Assembly (NCBI RefSeq): GCF_032062105.1
Contig: NW_026930996.1
Coordinates: 62,001 to 126,000 of the forward strand
Direction of reading: 5' to 3'
Source of the DNA: Saccostrea cucullata
Lineage: Eukaryota
Length of the DNA: 64,000 nt
Below, piece after piece: positions 50,450-61,660 of the stretch. Each line of letters begins with the position of its first letter. Position 1 is the first letter of the stretch. Below the pieces are notes generated by a model. That model was given only the letters and a program-made list of their open reading frames with translations. It made no database searches and was not told the DNA's origin. Made by a program: the position numbers and the translations under genes.

Positions 50450-50645
50450 AATAAAATACATGTTATAGAGATAACCGACAGTTAACAAGCTCGAAAGTTT
50501 CTGAAACATTACAAGTCGGGAGCAGAGATTACACGGACATCTAAAAGCATCAGAGGTAGGATCAGGTGCCATGAAGTAGAAAGAGTATCCTTCGACCGAT
50601 CACACAGGCCGTGTTTCTAGTTGCGTATCTTTGGTTTAAGATGCA
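50450..50645 (-). mobile_element. Penelope-like 3' module fragment
   Basis: acacggacatctaaaagcatcagaggtaggatcaggtgccatgaag..cgaccgatcacacaggccgtg. Confidence 0.7.
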
Positions 50646-51701
50646 AACGAAGTTTCCCGGCCAAAGAAGCATTAATATTATTAGAAGAAAAGCATATTCG
50701 TAATGTAACACTGAAGCATGTATCAATACAAACAAGAGAGAGTTGTATATAAACATTTGTTGACCCCTCTCACCGTATCTCCTCAAGTAAGGACCATCTA
50801 TTACATCACAAAACGCCACCATATAAATAAAGACATCTGTTACGTATGTTAATCAAATCAACAGCGATTTCTGCCTAGCTCTCTAATCACGTCACGCATT
50901 CATCATCGTATTAATACAAAACTTTGGGGAAAATATCTCTTTCTAAGAATCGTTCATTGACTTCGTCTCTATAAATAAGAGTCTATTCAAAGACTTCTTT
51001 TCTATTTTCTAAAATGGTCAATCATCAGAGAAGTCCTAAAGCATCTATTAAGTCAAATCTTATAAAGATGCAGTCATCAAAAGTCAATAATTTTGTCTGC
51101 ATCTGATGTCCCTAGTTCTATTTTTATTGCTGCACACGTGGTTATTTTCCCATCTAGAATGTCATCAAGAACTCTGCAACATAAACACCAAAACATGTAC
51201 CGGCAAAATTCCTGTTTCTTTCATTCGCTTTCTTTGAATGTAGTCGTATATTTCGTTTCAGAAAATGATCCTGGTAGCTTTTTTTAATCAAATAAAATTA
51301 AGCAACATCTCAATAGGCCAACTGAAAGTGCACATTGGTCGCTCGAAATCTTTGTGAATAAGGAATATTTATTTTATTCAAAAAAAAAAAATTAACATAC
51401 TCGTTTCAAAAGAGCTGCTCTTTATTTCATTGATATCAAATTTTAAAGACATTTTTGAGTTTGTGATCATGATTTTGTTGCATTATTTAAAAGTTTTGCC
51501 TTTTCGTTATATTGTTCATTTATTTTTCATTATTCCTATAGACCTTTTTTTTATTAAACAATTCTCTATTTTTGTGTTACATATTCTGCTTAACTTAAAA
51601 GAATCAAGGTATGGTGTGAATATTATTTTTTTAAGAATGGGGAGCAAGTTTTCCTAAATATCTAATGAAATTAAATTTAAGAGTAAATTTAAAACACTTA
51701 C

Positions 51702-51860
51702 CGTTGACCTTCTTGGTGCTACAAGATTATGAACTGTGAGTGCGATTTCTCAGACATTAACCCGTCTTAAATCATGCTTGTAACAATCGCGCGTGTTTGC
51801 AGTGCAGGGGTAACCTGGAGCGTTTGTGATTGGGCAATATGACGCTTTATTACCCCTGAT
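51702..51860 (-). promoter_or_regulatory. Possible 5' non-coding exon and promoter of the 452-aa membrane-protein gene
   Basis: Consensus donor CG|GTAAGT on the - strand at 51701, in a CpG-containing patch with a CCAAT box (ATTGG on + near 51829). The frame that would join the downstream exon contains a stop, so this would be UTR. The link to the gene is inferred. Confidence 0.3.
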
Positions 51861-54800
51861 GATCTACTGCCTTCAGCTTAACACCAGGAGCAAAAGAGCT
51901 AACAATCACCCACAGGTTGTAGCGGTACTCATTTTGTACTTCATTGTTCTAAAAGCCCATCCTCTTGATATGAGAATAAAGGCTTTGCAAATATGACTTT
52001 AAATATAGATAAAATTCATACGATACTCATAGACTTAATTACATTAAGATATCTAATGCTACAAAAATTGCAAAAGGATTTAAAGTCTTATCTTTTGAAA
52101 GCGCGATTAAATAAAATCAAATGGTCACTAATCAGCTTATACGATTTCTGCTTCAGCACCCAGCGAATTCTGATATTAAATACCTTTACAGATTAAACTG
52201 AGAATTACTATAAACTAAATGAACTTTAAATTACTGGGAAGTACTGTAGACTAGTGTACTGTTGACGACCTTGAAGTTTCTGACATTATACTTGTCGTAT
52301 TTGGATCAGACATTATACCTGTCTCATTTATACAACTCACCAAAATTAAAAGCAATGATTTTCCTATCGTTTGGAATTATGTGGCCAGAGAAATCAGAGA
52401 AATCAGAAGGTAGGATGTATTGTGATATAACTGCTCAATTCAATTTTATTTTATTTTCCTTCATAACATTTCATGATTTCCTTTGCAGTGTTTCTAAAAA
52501 CAACAATAAGAATGTTGTGTCTCTTTTGTTATTCAAAATAGGAAAATCATTTTTTTTTTCCTTGCTTTTGTTTCTCAGGAACAAACAAACTGAATTTTTA
52601 CTTTCACTCCCTTAATTCAGAGAGTACCAGTATCAGCAACAGCAGACAGAGAAATTTTTAATTCCTAAAAGTACACTCAGCTGCTGAAGGGATTGGATGT
52701 GTAACTATTAAAAGCAAACAATCCTCGGAACACGTTACTTTACTTTATAGACCTTGTTTGTTATAAGTACCGGAGAGAGAAAACAAAAAACACTTTGGCG
52801 CTTCATAATCCGCAGTAATATACGGTAGTACGATGATACGAAACAAATGCCTCGGAAGCGCCCCCTCCAGGCGAGAAGTCACAGCGATGACGCACGAGAA
52901 GTTAATTGTCTGTGGGAGAGGGCACAGTCGAGGCCGGCCATATCATGTCAAGACACACAACCTATAAACCTAACAGCGGAAATTGGGAAAAAAGAACATC
53001 CTGCAAGTTTCATTTTTTTAAAAGTTATGATTCATTGTTTCTTCTCGCAAAACCACACTCCTCAATAGCCATGGGTATCGGGAAAGCACGTTGTGCAAAT
53101 GTTGCAATGATTGTTTTTCTTAGAAAAACTAAATACTGAGCCTGTCAATAGTTGTTAATATGATATTTATGTTCTTTGACTGATCTATAACTTAAGTAAA
53201 TTGCCCTGACAATAAACAAGCAATTCTTTGAAGTTAAACGTTCTTTTGAATCAACTGTTTATGGTTTTAATTCAAAGACGCAAAAGATTTGTCACCATTG
53301 ATCATCTTGATAATCTATTGTATTGTGTTCACATCCCACGTGATTTATGCTTCGGAGAAGAAACATACAGTTTTATATAGATTTATCGTTTTATAGTCGT
53401 CTAAGAATTCACATATACATTGAATATTCTGTTCACAGTACTTATGCACATACTATCATAATGCGTATCATCAAATAAAATTGGAAACGTCAAATCGATT
53501 AAACTCTGATATGACTATAGACAATCAATTAGTGATCTAGAATTCCATTGAATAACCTTCCTTTTTAATTATTAGTTTTAAGCTTGTAAACAGCATGTTA
53601 TACACCTTGAGTTGATTCCATCAGGACAAGCATTACATCCATAACATAGATTAACTCAAATGACTTTATGGAGTCTCGTATTTTGCAAAATCTTGTTGGT
53701 ATTTATTGCAGTAATCTGCTTATAGTTATTACTATTACTATGTAATATTCTGCTTAATGAAAGCAGTTTATTAATTGTCCAGATATTAATTATCTCGAAA
53801 TATTTCATTACTCTAGAATTATTTTGCTCAGTGCAAATCACTTTTGCCCCCAACCCCATCCCTCAAAAACAGAAAAGATCTTGCCAAGTTATATATGCAC
53901 GTACCTGTATTGTACATATCATTAAAACTGTAATACAAAACTGCAATATGAAAAACATTCAAAGTTGCACCTGTCTGTTTCGTACATATCTATAAAAAAG
54001 GGAATCTGATCGAAAATTGTAAACTTGAAGAATCATCTAAGCTGTCCTATATATGTACAAACTATAACGGCATATCATCATAGCTTTATTTCTACAGCAA
54101 TAAACATCTTTTATATGAAAGTTGAATATTTGTGCATTTCAATTTAAGTAGTTAATAAAATTATGCCAGAAAAACAAATAATTATTATACTTATTACTTA
54201 CCCGCTGATATTAACAGTCCCGTAAAATGAAAGTTCATCACACTGCATAATTATACACTCGCCGTGACATAAGATTCTTATATGAAAGGGTGCGTACAGG
54301 TTTACGACTGTGCTCAGAAGGTGAGATAAAAATTACTAATGGTTACTAAGCAACACATATATATGAATGATGCAGTCACCGTCTCTCTTGATCAAAATCC
54401 ATGGCAACGTTATTGGAATTTCGGTCCAAACCCCGTATTTACCTGGTAATTATAATAATACAGGCGAGTTCCGTTCAAACGCCCTGAACAAGCACTATCC
54501 TGCAGAATGTCACGTTATAAAAACTTCTGTGATAAAACAATCAATATTTCTCGTTATATCCGTGTATTTCAAGTCTCCTTGATATAAATCTAATCCTTTG
54601 TCAGAGAAATCTGTAACTCCACTACAACCTTCTCTTAATTACAATCAGCCTCCCCCTTTCTTCTCCTGTCAGGTGATACCGGCCGAGTTACGGGTGTATT
54701 GGATGGAAGGACTGTCACCGCTTCTCTCGATGTTGTCTCTGAAAAAAATCTGCTGTAATAAATATGGAGATCGCTAATAAGCCGTGATTAGGTGAAAACA

Positions 54801-55429
54801 CAAGAATGACAAACAGGCGAATTAGAACGGCTATCACATGACACCGAACCGGGGCACAGTTCGGAATCCGCGCTTCTTCCGCGTCGCTTTGATTTACTGA
54901 TGTTAATCACTTTTATTCCAAACATAATCACACTGATTAACATGCAACGGAAAAGAACAGTTTCGACAGAGCAAACTCGAAAGCAAGCTGTTATGGGATT
55001 TAGTTCAGAAAAGTTATGACATTAATCTTTGCTTTACATCTGTTAATATATTAAACGCATTGACTGCAAAGACTGGTTGGTTTGATTTATTTGACCGTTA
55101 CTTAACGATTATAAAAATAGCACAAGAACAGAATGAAGAAAAATTACTGATCATGAAAACCAATCATATTATATCATCGGTCAGAGACAGTATTTAGTGA
55201 TAAAGTACTGCGCCACGACCGAGATCTCCCGAGGTACCCTACAGCAAGAATTCCTAGGGATGACTTGCATGAATTCAGTTACATTATATATATACTGTAT
55301 TATATATATTAAATCAATTTTTAGGGAGAGGTATTTTTTTTTTACAGCTATGAAGATTTGGTAACTGCATTTGTTAATCATACATGCTGTAGATCTTGTG
55401 AATATGTTTGAACTAGGCATCAGTATTAT

Positions 55430-55760
55430 AGTATACGAAGACAACGAACAATAGCCCGGAAGTCTATTGAAACAAAACAAATCGTGGTCCGAGAAGACGC
55501 TGACCTGTAAAAACATCAGAGTTGGGATGAGATGGCATGGAGGAGTAAGCATCCCCTATCGCGAACGGTTACATCAGTGCATGTGCAAACGTCAGTGAGC
55601 ATTTACCTTAATGATAAATTGTAATTGCTGAAAAGTTCATATGGTACCGACCATAGAATTTGTGAAATGTTGATTTTAAACAAGGCTGTTGATATCCTTA
55701 TTAACAGCTCGCTTTGTTTCAGAAATTATTCATACCGAGAGTATGCTCTCATCCGACAGA
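55430..55760 (-). mobile_element. Penelope-like 3' fragment
   Basis: aaacatcagagttgggatgagatggcatggaggagtaagcatcccct, followed by RT tail (cgaccatagaatttgtgaaatg). Confidence 0.75.
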
Positions 55761-56232
55761 GAATGGTATTTAAACTATTGCATTTGATGTATCAAAGCAT
55801 TGCTGACCATTGATGTATTAAAGCCATGTTAATCATTAATATTTAAAAGAATCGCTAATTATTGATATATCTAACCATTGTTTACCTTTAATTTAAGGCA
55901 TTGTTGGTCATTTTACCTTTGATTTATCTCTTACAATTGACACATATGTATCAAAAATTATTAACCGTTGCTTTGACAAATCATGATTGCGTACCGTTCA
56001 ATTATACAGCATTGGTAAACGTGGATTTATCAAACCATTCCTAACCATCGATATACTTAAGCATAGAACCACTGTTAACCACTATACTGTATTGCATTAA
56101 GTGATATATTGAGTATATATTCTTTGTTTGCTTAATATATTAGAATACGTGTAATGTTAAATATATAGAGTGATGCGATTTATTAATAACGCTTCTGGTT
56201 AGAGTAAATGAATGTGCTCTTATATATCAGGG

Positions 56233-57108
56233 TTGATTGATTGATTGATTAATGTATGTTGTTTTACTTCCCTCTCGAGAATTTTTCACTCATGGTGGAG
56301 GACACCAACACTTGCCGGTTATAGCTGCAAATTACAATGAAGCGCATTAAAGTTTGTTTAAAAAAAGACACTTTAAAATTTTAAGAAAAAGTTTCAAATT
56401 GGCATAATCAATTATTTGACCTATCTTAATAAAAACGTTTATTGTCATGAAAATTTATGACACGCCCATTTCTTTACAAATGGATAAAAATTTGTTGAAT
56501 ATTCGAATACCCGTAGAACAGGTTTTCCATAAATATAATAGCCAATCAAATTGACGGTCTAAATAAACACTGAATAAACACGTGTTAGACCGAAACATGT
56601 GTTGTTGTAACTTCAGTAGACATGATAAGTTCAAAAATATGTACATATTCGTTGCAATTTGAGTTTTACAGAAGCGGGGTTTTTTCTGAATTCTTTCTTC
56701 TAATTTTTTTAAAGCTCCATTTCGGAGTAACTCATGTTGCTTGTCACAAAGAGCGGGGTGTCCTTGAACATTACGACGAATATTTCTTTTTCGTTTCTAA
56801 AGAAATGGGCGTGTCATTATGTAATAATTGACGTTCAAAACATGACTCAGAACGTTTCATCCAAACAGAAAATTTTACCACTTCAATGCACTTCATTGTA
56901 TGTCCTATACTCGGCACTCAGGGCCATTGAGCAGGGACGGATCTTTTTCGTGCCAGCACCTACTGCGACATGGGACTTCGGTTTATACGGTCTGATCCGA
57001 AGGACCGGTCTTCACGTCCAACAGTGGGATTCGAACCCGCGACGTAAGGATCAACTCCTTACTTCGCGACTCTAGAGCAGAAACTCTAACCACTGCGCCA
57101 CGCGGGCT
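56233..57108 (-). mobile_element. Full-length tRNA-derived SINE (Deu/Nin-like core) split by a MITE
   Basis: - strand head gcccgcgTGGCGCAGTGGttagag...GGTTCGAATCC (A and B boxes) at 57020-57108; core 56901-57020; tail with (caat)n at 56233-56332. Colinear with the copy at 9771-10007. Confidence 0.88.
56335..56898. mobile_element. Tc1/mariner-type MITE, 564 bp
   Basis: TA|caatgaagcgcattaaagt ... acttcaatgcacttcattg|TA, plus internal inverted repeat atgacacgcccatttcttta (56457) / taaagaaatgggcgtgtcat (about 56800). Confidence 0.85.
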
Positions 57109-57117
57109 ACATTTGAA

Positions 57118-57643
57118 GGTTAGAGTGATATGTGTTTACTGGTTAGAGTGATTCGTGCTCTATTTTATTGTTAGACTAATACGTGATCTGCTTGCTGGTT
57201 ATACTGATACGTGCAATATTTGTTAGTTATAGTGATAAGTGCACTGTTTCCTGGTTAGAATGATACGTGCTCTATTCCTGGTTAGAGTAATATGTGCATT
57301 GTTTGCTGCTTAGAGTGATACGTGCTCTGTTTGCTGGTCATAGTGATATGTACTCTACATGTATTTGCTGGGTAGAGTAATATGTGCATTGTATTTTCTG
57401 GTTAGAGTGATACGTGCTCTGTTTGCTGGTTATTATATTATACTTGCTGGTTAGAATAATATGTGCATTGTTTTCTGATTAGAGTAATACGTGCTTTGTT
57501 TGCTGGTTATATTGATATGTGCTCTATTTGCTTGTTAGAGTAATATGTGCATTGTTTTCTGGTTAGAGTGATACGTGTCCTGTTTGCTGGTTATAGATAT
57601 ACGGCTCTATTTGCTGGTTAGAGTTATACGTGCACTCTTTGCT
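57118..57643. repeat. ~28-bp minisatellite with trimeric higher-order structure
   Basis: About 18 units of consensus ggttagagtgatacgtgctctgtttgct; degenerate units also occur left of the SINE (about 56090-56232). Confidence 0.88.
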
Positions 57644-60600
57644 GCACTGTACCAAATAATGAATACTTTCTATTCCAGTAAACTCTATTTAAAAGCCCAC
57701 AATATTTAATGGTCAATGTTAAGCAAACTCAATTAAACATGTTTCAAGGAGAGACCAATCCGTGCTTTTTGAAGCAATTTGTAAAATAGTAATTGTCTCC
57801 ACAGCTGGATTGTGCTTGCCTCTTATGTTACATTGACTTAAGTTATTTCAGGCTTATAGATTTTTTTAAGTGTGGTTATTATTTTTATTATGAATATTTA
57901 GTTTGATGCTTTAATCAAATTCTGTGACTGATATAATTTTTAGGCTTTGATTGACAAGTTAAAACAGCGCATCCTTTATCTTATCACAACAGATATCCAA
58001 ACCTAATATGCACAGATGATCGATGTATTGTGTGAATAATCTTTAGAAAGCAAGACCTTACCCTTGAGTAACGCTTGTTCAGAAAAAAGTAGCTTATCTA
58101 TTTGGAAACCTGCAGACTACAGCTGCACACAGCACTATGTCTGTTTTTGTATGATGCTTTATAGATGCTGACCTTATGTGACCCGGAAGGAAGACAGGAA
58201 GCTCATTATTATACATTCTGTTACAAATGACGAACAGTGCATTTGCTGATTAAATTAGTGCCTTCCGAAGTTTTTATAACATTTCATTTTCTTTCCTTCT
58301 TTAATTTATTGTTAATGCTGGTACATATTGTAAAAAGAAGTCCCCCACACCGCACAGAATTCTGAGTACTAAATGGATTAAATCAGTGTACTTATAAAGT
58401 TAAATGGTCCTTTGAAAAAACAAATTACACAAATCATCGATTTATCAGGTACCATCAAAGGGCTTGGTTCTGTGATGTCTGCTGTTTACAAGTAGGTCTA
58501 CAGGTGACATATCAAAACATCTGAATAAACAACAAAAAAGTCTCCAGATTTAGACACCCGCCATTTTTAGATCCCTTCATCCTTCTCCGGAATCTCCTAA
58601 TTTAGCTTTATTCTAAATGAAGAAGATAAGGATACGATATTAATGACTTTAAATACCATCACGTGTGACACAACAAAGGAACAGCTGAATATACCTTCAC
58701 GATTTCAATGAGATGGTGTATTTTTATTCATGCTGACAAATTTTGAAAAGTAATTTTGTATCCGAGACTATATTTAACTGACGTCATCAATCGACAGGTG
58801 CTTTGAAGATAAAGACTTTATCGTATATACGTGTATCAGTAATGACTTCAAATTGATTTTATTTTTAAAAAGAACAAGGGCAACACTAACCGGAGCATCC
58901 CCTTGCAAAGGAGCATACCTTTAAAGTATGCAAACAAAATTACGTCATTACCGTTACGTACATTAGGACAACAAACTAACTTCACCTCCGTTACGCACAA
59001 AAGGACAAACTAACCCACCCACACATACACAACTGCGTTATTTTATCAACCCCAACTCCGTTACAAGGGGATAAAGACGACATTTTACAAGTCAAAAATT
59101 CTAATCCACTGCGGTCTCTTTCCTACAAACAATGATTATAAAATTAGAAACGGATTAAAAACTCATGGCTTCTGCAGGTGGAAAGACATGTCGAGAGTGC
59201 ACTTGGTTTGATTAGCGTACGTAACCCTAAATAGAGTATATCTAAAAGTATTGTTTGAGTGTACATTGTGAGTCTGGTGCCTTATTTCAATAATGAGGAT
59301 GATTCATATGTATTTCTATGACTTGCGGTTTTCCTTCATGTGTTTTGAGCTTTTCATACTCACCATCAGCAATTGCGCGTTTTAGCAACACCTTATCATT
59401 TGTGGTTGTTCACCCACAGGATCCATTGATTGAAGTGAGAGACCATTATTATTATCATTTAACATTTCACTGTTTGACTTTACAGAAATATCAATAACGA
59501 GTTTAAGTCAGAAAAACGTCACCAGAAATTTTAGACGAAAAATATTAGAAGCGGAAAGGTTTTTGTTTTTATTGATTAATGAAACAAAAATCAGCTATCC
59601 TCACTTCAATATTTCTTTATCTTAATTGTTTATGCTTTTGATATTAAAAAAAATAATGCGCTAGCTTTAACCAGATTCAAAATTTGGAGTAAGGTGTGTG
59701 ATCTCTGGTCAAAATAGAACTTTACTATAGCCCACAATTAACTTTATATGTATAAATACTACTTTCCGAATTAAGGAGGAACATCAATGGGTTTCAATGT
59801 TTCTCTTCATCAGACATAAAACACGTGCAATAACTTATACTGATTCAATGATTCAACAACATTTCACTGTTTGACTTTACAGTTAAAGTTGAAATGTCTG
59901 AAAACGATACAAAACCATCAAATACAGAGAGTTGTGTCAAGTAGGGAAATAATTGAGAAAACCATTGTAATACATTGGAGAATCAATGCTTCTAAAAGCT
60001 AAATTGATGTCTTTTTGTCCTTTGTACGAAAGCACCCTGCATCATTTGCATCAGATATATATTGATATTGTACGAAATCCGTGCATTTACTGTTGATATA
60101 TAAAACAAAAGAAGATACAAAATGTCATCCAGGCTCAGCATGACAAGTGCACTCTGTGTCGCGTGTTTTATTGGCTCTTGGTTGTATGGTTTACTGACGT
60201 TAAATGAGTATTCAGCTTTGTTTTTGTCTTTTAATTTCTCTTAACTCCGTGATATACTAGATACTAGATAGGTGAATGGCAGCGGAATCTGGCCGGAACT
60301 TGATGAGCTCTGACGTCACAGATGAGACCATTAATTCCCTGAATGTATGCAATCAAAGAGAAAGACTTTCCTACATACATAAACTAGCTTTTATGTAAAT
60401 AGGTCCATAAACATCTTAAGAAAAGGAGTTCAGAGTCATATCTATACTGAACGTGCATTGGCATTTCCGCTCTCATGTTTACAAGAAGAAAAGTATGATT
60501 TTCTTCGACAATTCGTCCATTGTGTCTGAGACTGTATTCCTAATTACCACTGGTCGCGGACAAAATTATGCAAGGAAAATAACCAGGTTTTACTTGGGCT

Positions 60601-60729
60601 TTACATGTCATATTGCAATCGTAGCAAAGGTTAAGTTAAAAAATTATCATAAGTTCGAGCTGTGGGCCGGGATCATGTAACCTCTTTATCATGAGTCAAA
60701 ATATTCATGTTGTATTTACAAGTCGTGGA

Positions 60730-61660
60730 ATGAGATATATGGGGATTATAACGAACAGTAATCAAGATCAACAGTCCATAAAACAATACAAAATAGGAGC
60801 AGAGCAAACACGGTCCTCCAAAACATCAGAGGTGGGATCAGGTGCCATGGAGGAGTGAGCATCCCCTGCTGACCGGTCGCATCCGCCGTGTGCTCCTTGT
60901 CATGATCGGAAAATAACGGAGACATCCGTCGGCAATTAAGTGTGTACTTAATGGCCATACAATTATATGAAAAATGCCAGTCAGCATTTGACTCAATGAT
61001 AAATTGTGTTTGCTGACAAGGTCATTGTATCGACAATAAAACTTACGAAATCTTGACTTTAAATGACACTGCTAATATTCTTATTTCAGCACCTTGTTTG
61101 TCAATAATTTACCTCGTTTTATAAATTGTACATACGTAGAGCATGCTATTGCATTTCGAATCAACCTAGAGATATTAACGCCGTATGCAGGTGATGAAGG
61201 TTTATTGCTGCATAACTAATGGGAAGTTGACGATTGAAAATTTAAGGTCATCACGTTTATCATAAAGCTTGGCTCTAAGATTACCACTAAAGTCTTTTTC
61301 AAGTAAAATATCCAAAGTATGAAACAGATGTGTAAGAGTCTATGGTATCTTTTATCTCAAGTTCACTTTGATATATCAAAATCTATATATCTAAATGTCG
61401 AGTTAAAGCACAGCAAGTGGTTTTGGAGAAATTCTGCTTCATATGACTACAAAAATAGGTCGAGCTGCTAAAAGGGGGGCGCAATTGGTACCCATGGAAA
61501 TTCCAATAGATTGTTGGAAGACCTGGTCTCCAAAAACCACATAGATATTGTTAATTGGAAACCAAGAATCTTTCTGATGACGTCAATTTCAGATTGCTTC
61601 TGTGTTCAATCAGAATGTTTTTAATAATATAATTTTATAAATGACCAATGACATGGTGAG
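60730..61660 (-). mobile_element. Penelope-like retroelement remnant (RT core to 3' end)
   Basis: On the - strand: VVFGDQVFQQSIGISMGTNCAP motif, thumb region, and the best-preserved 3' module (60800-60910). Confidence 0.9.

Noticed and set aside
52847-53139. Overlapping ORFs in a GC-richer patch
   Set aside because: No recognisable protein features or convincing splice sites; possibly regulatory but unsupported.
57020-57108. tRNA gene
   Set aside because: A and B boxes are present, but the acceptor stem cannot form and the sequence runs straight into a SINE core.
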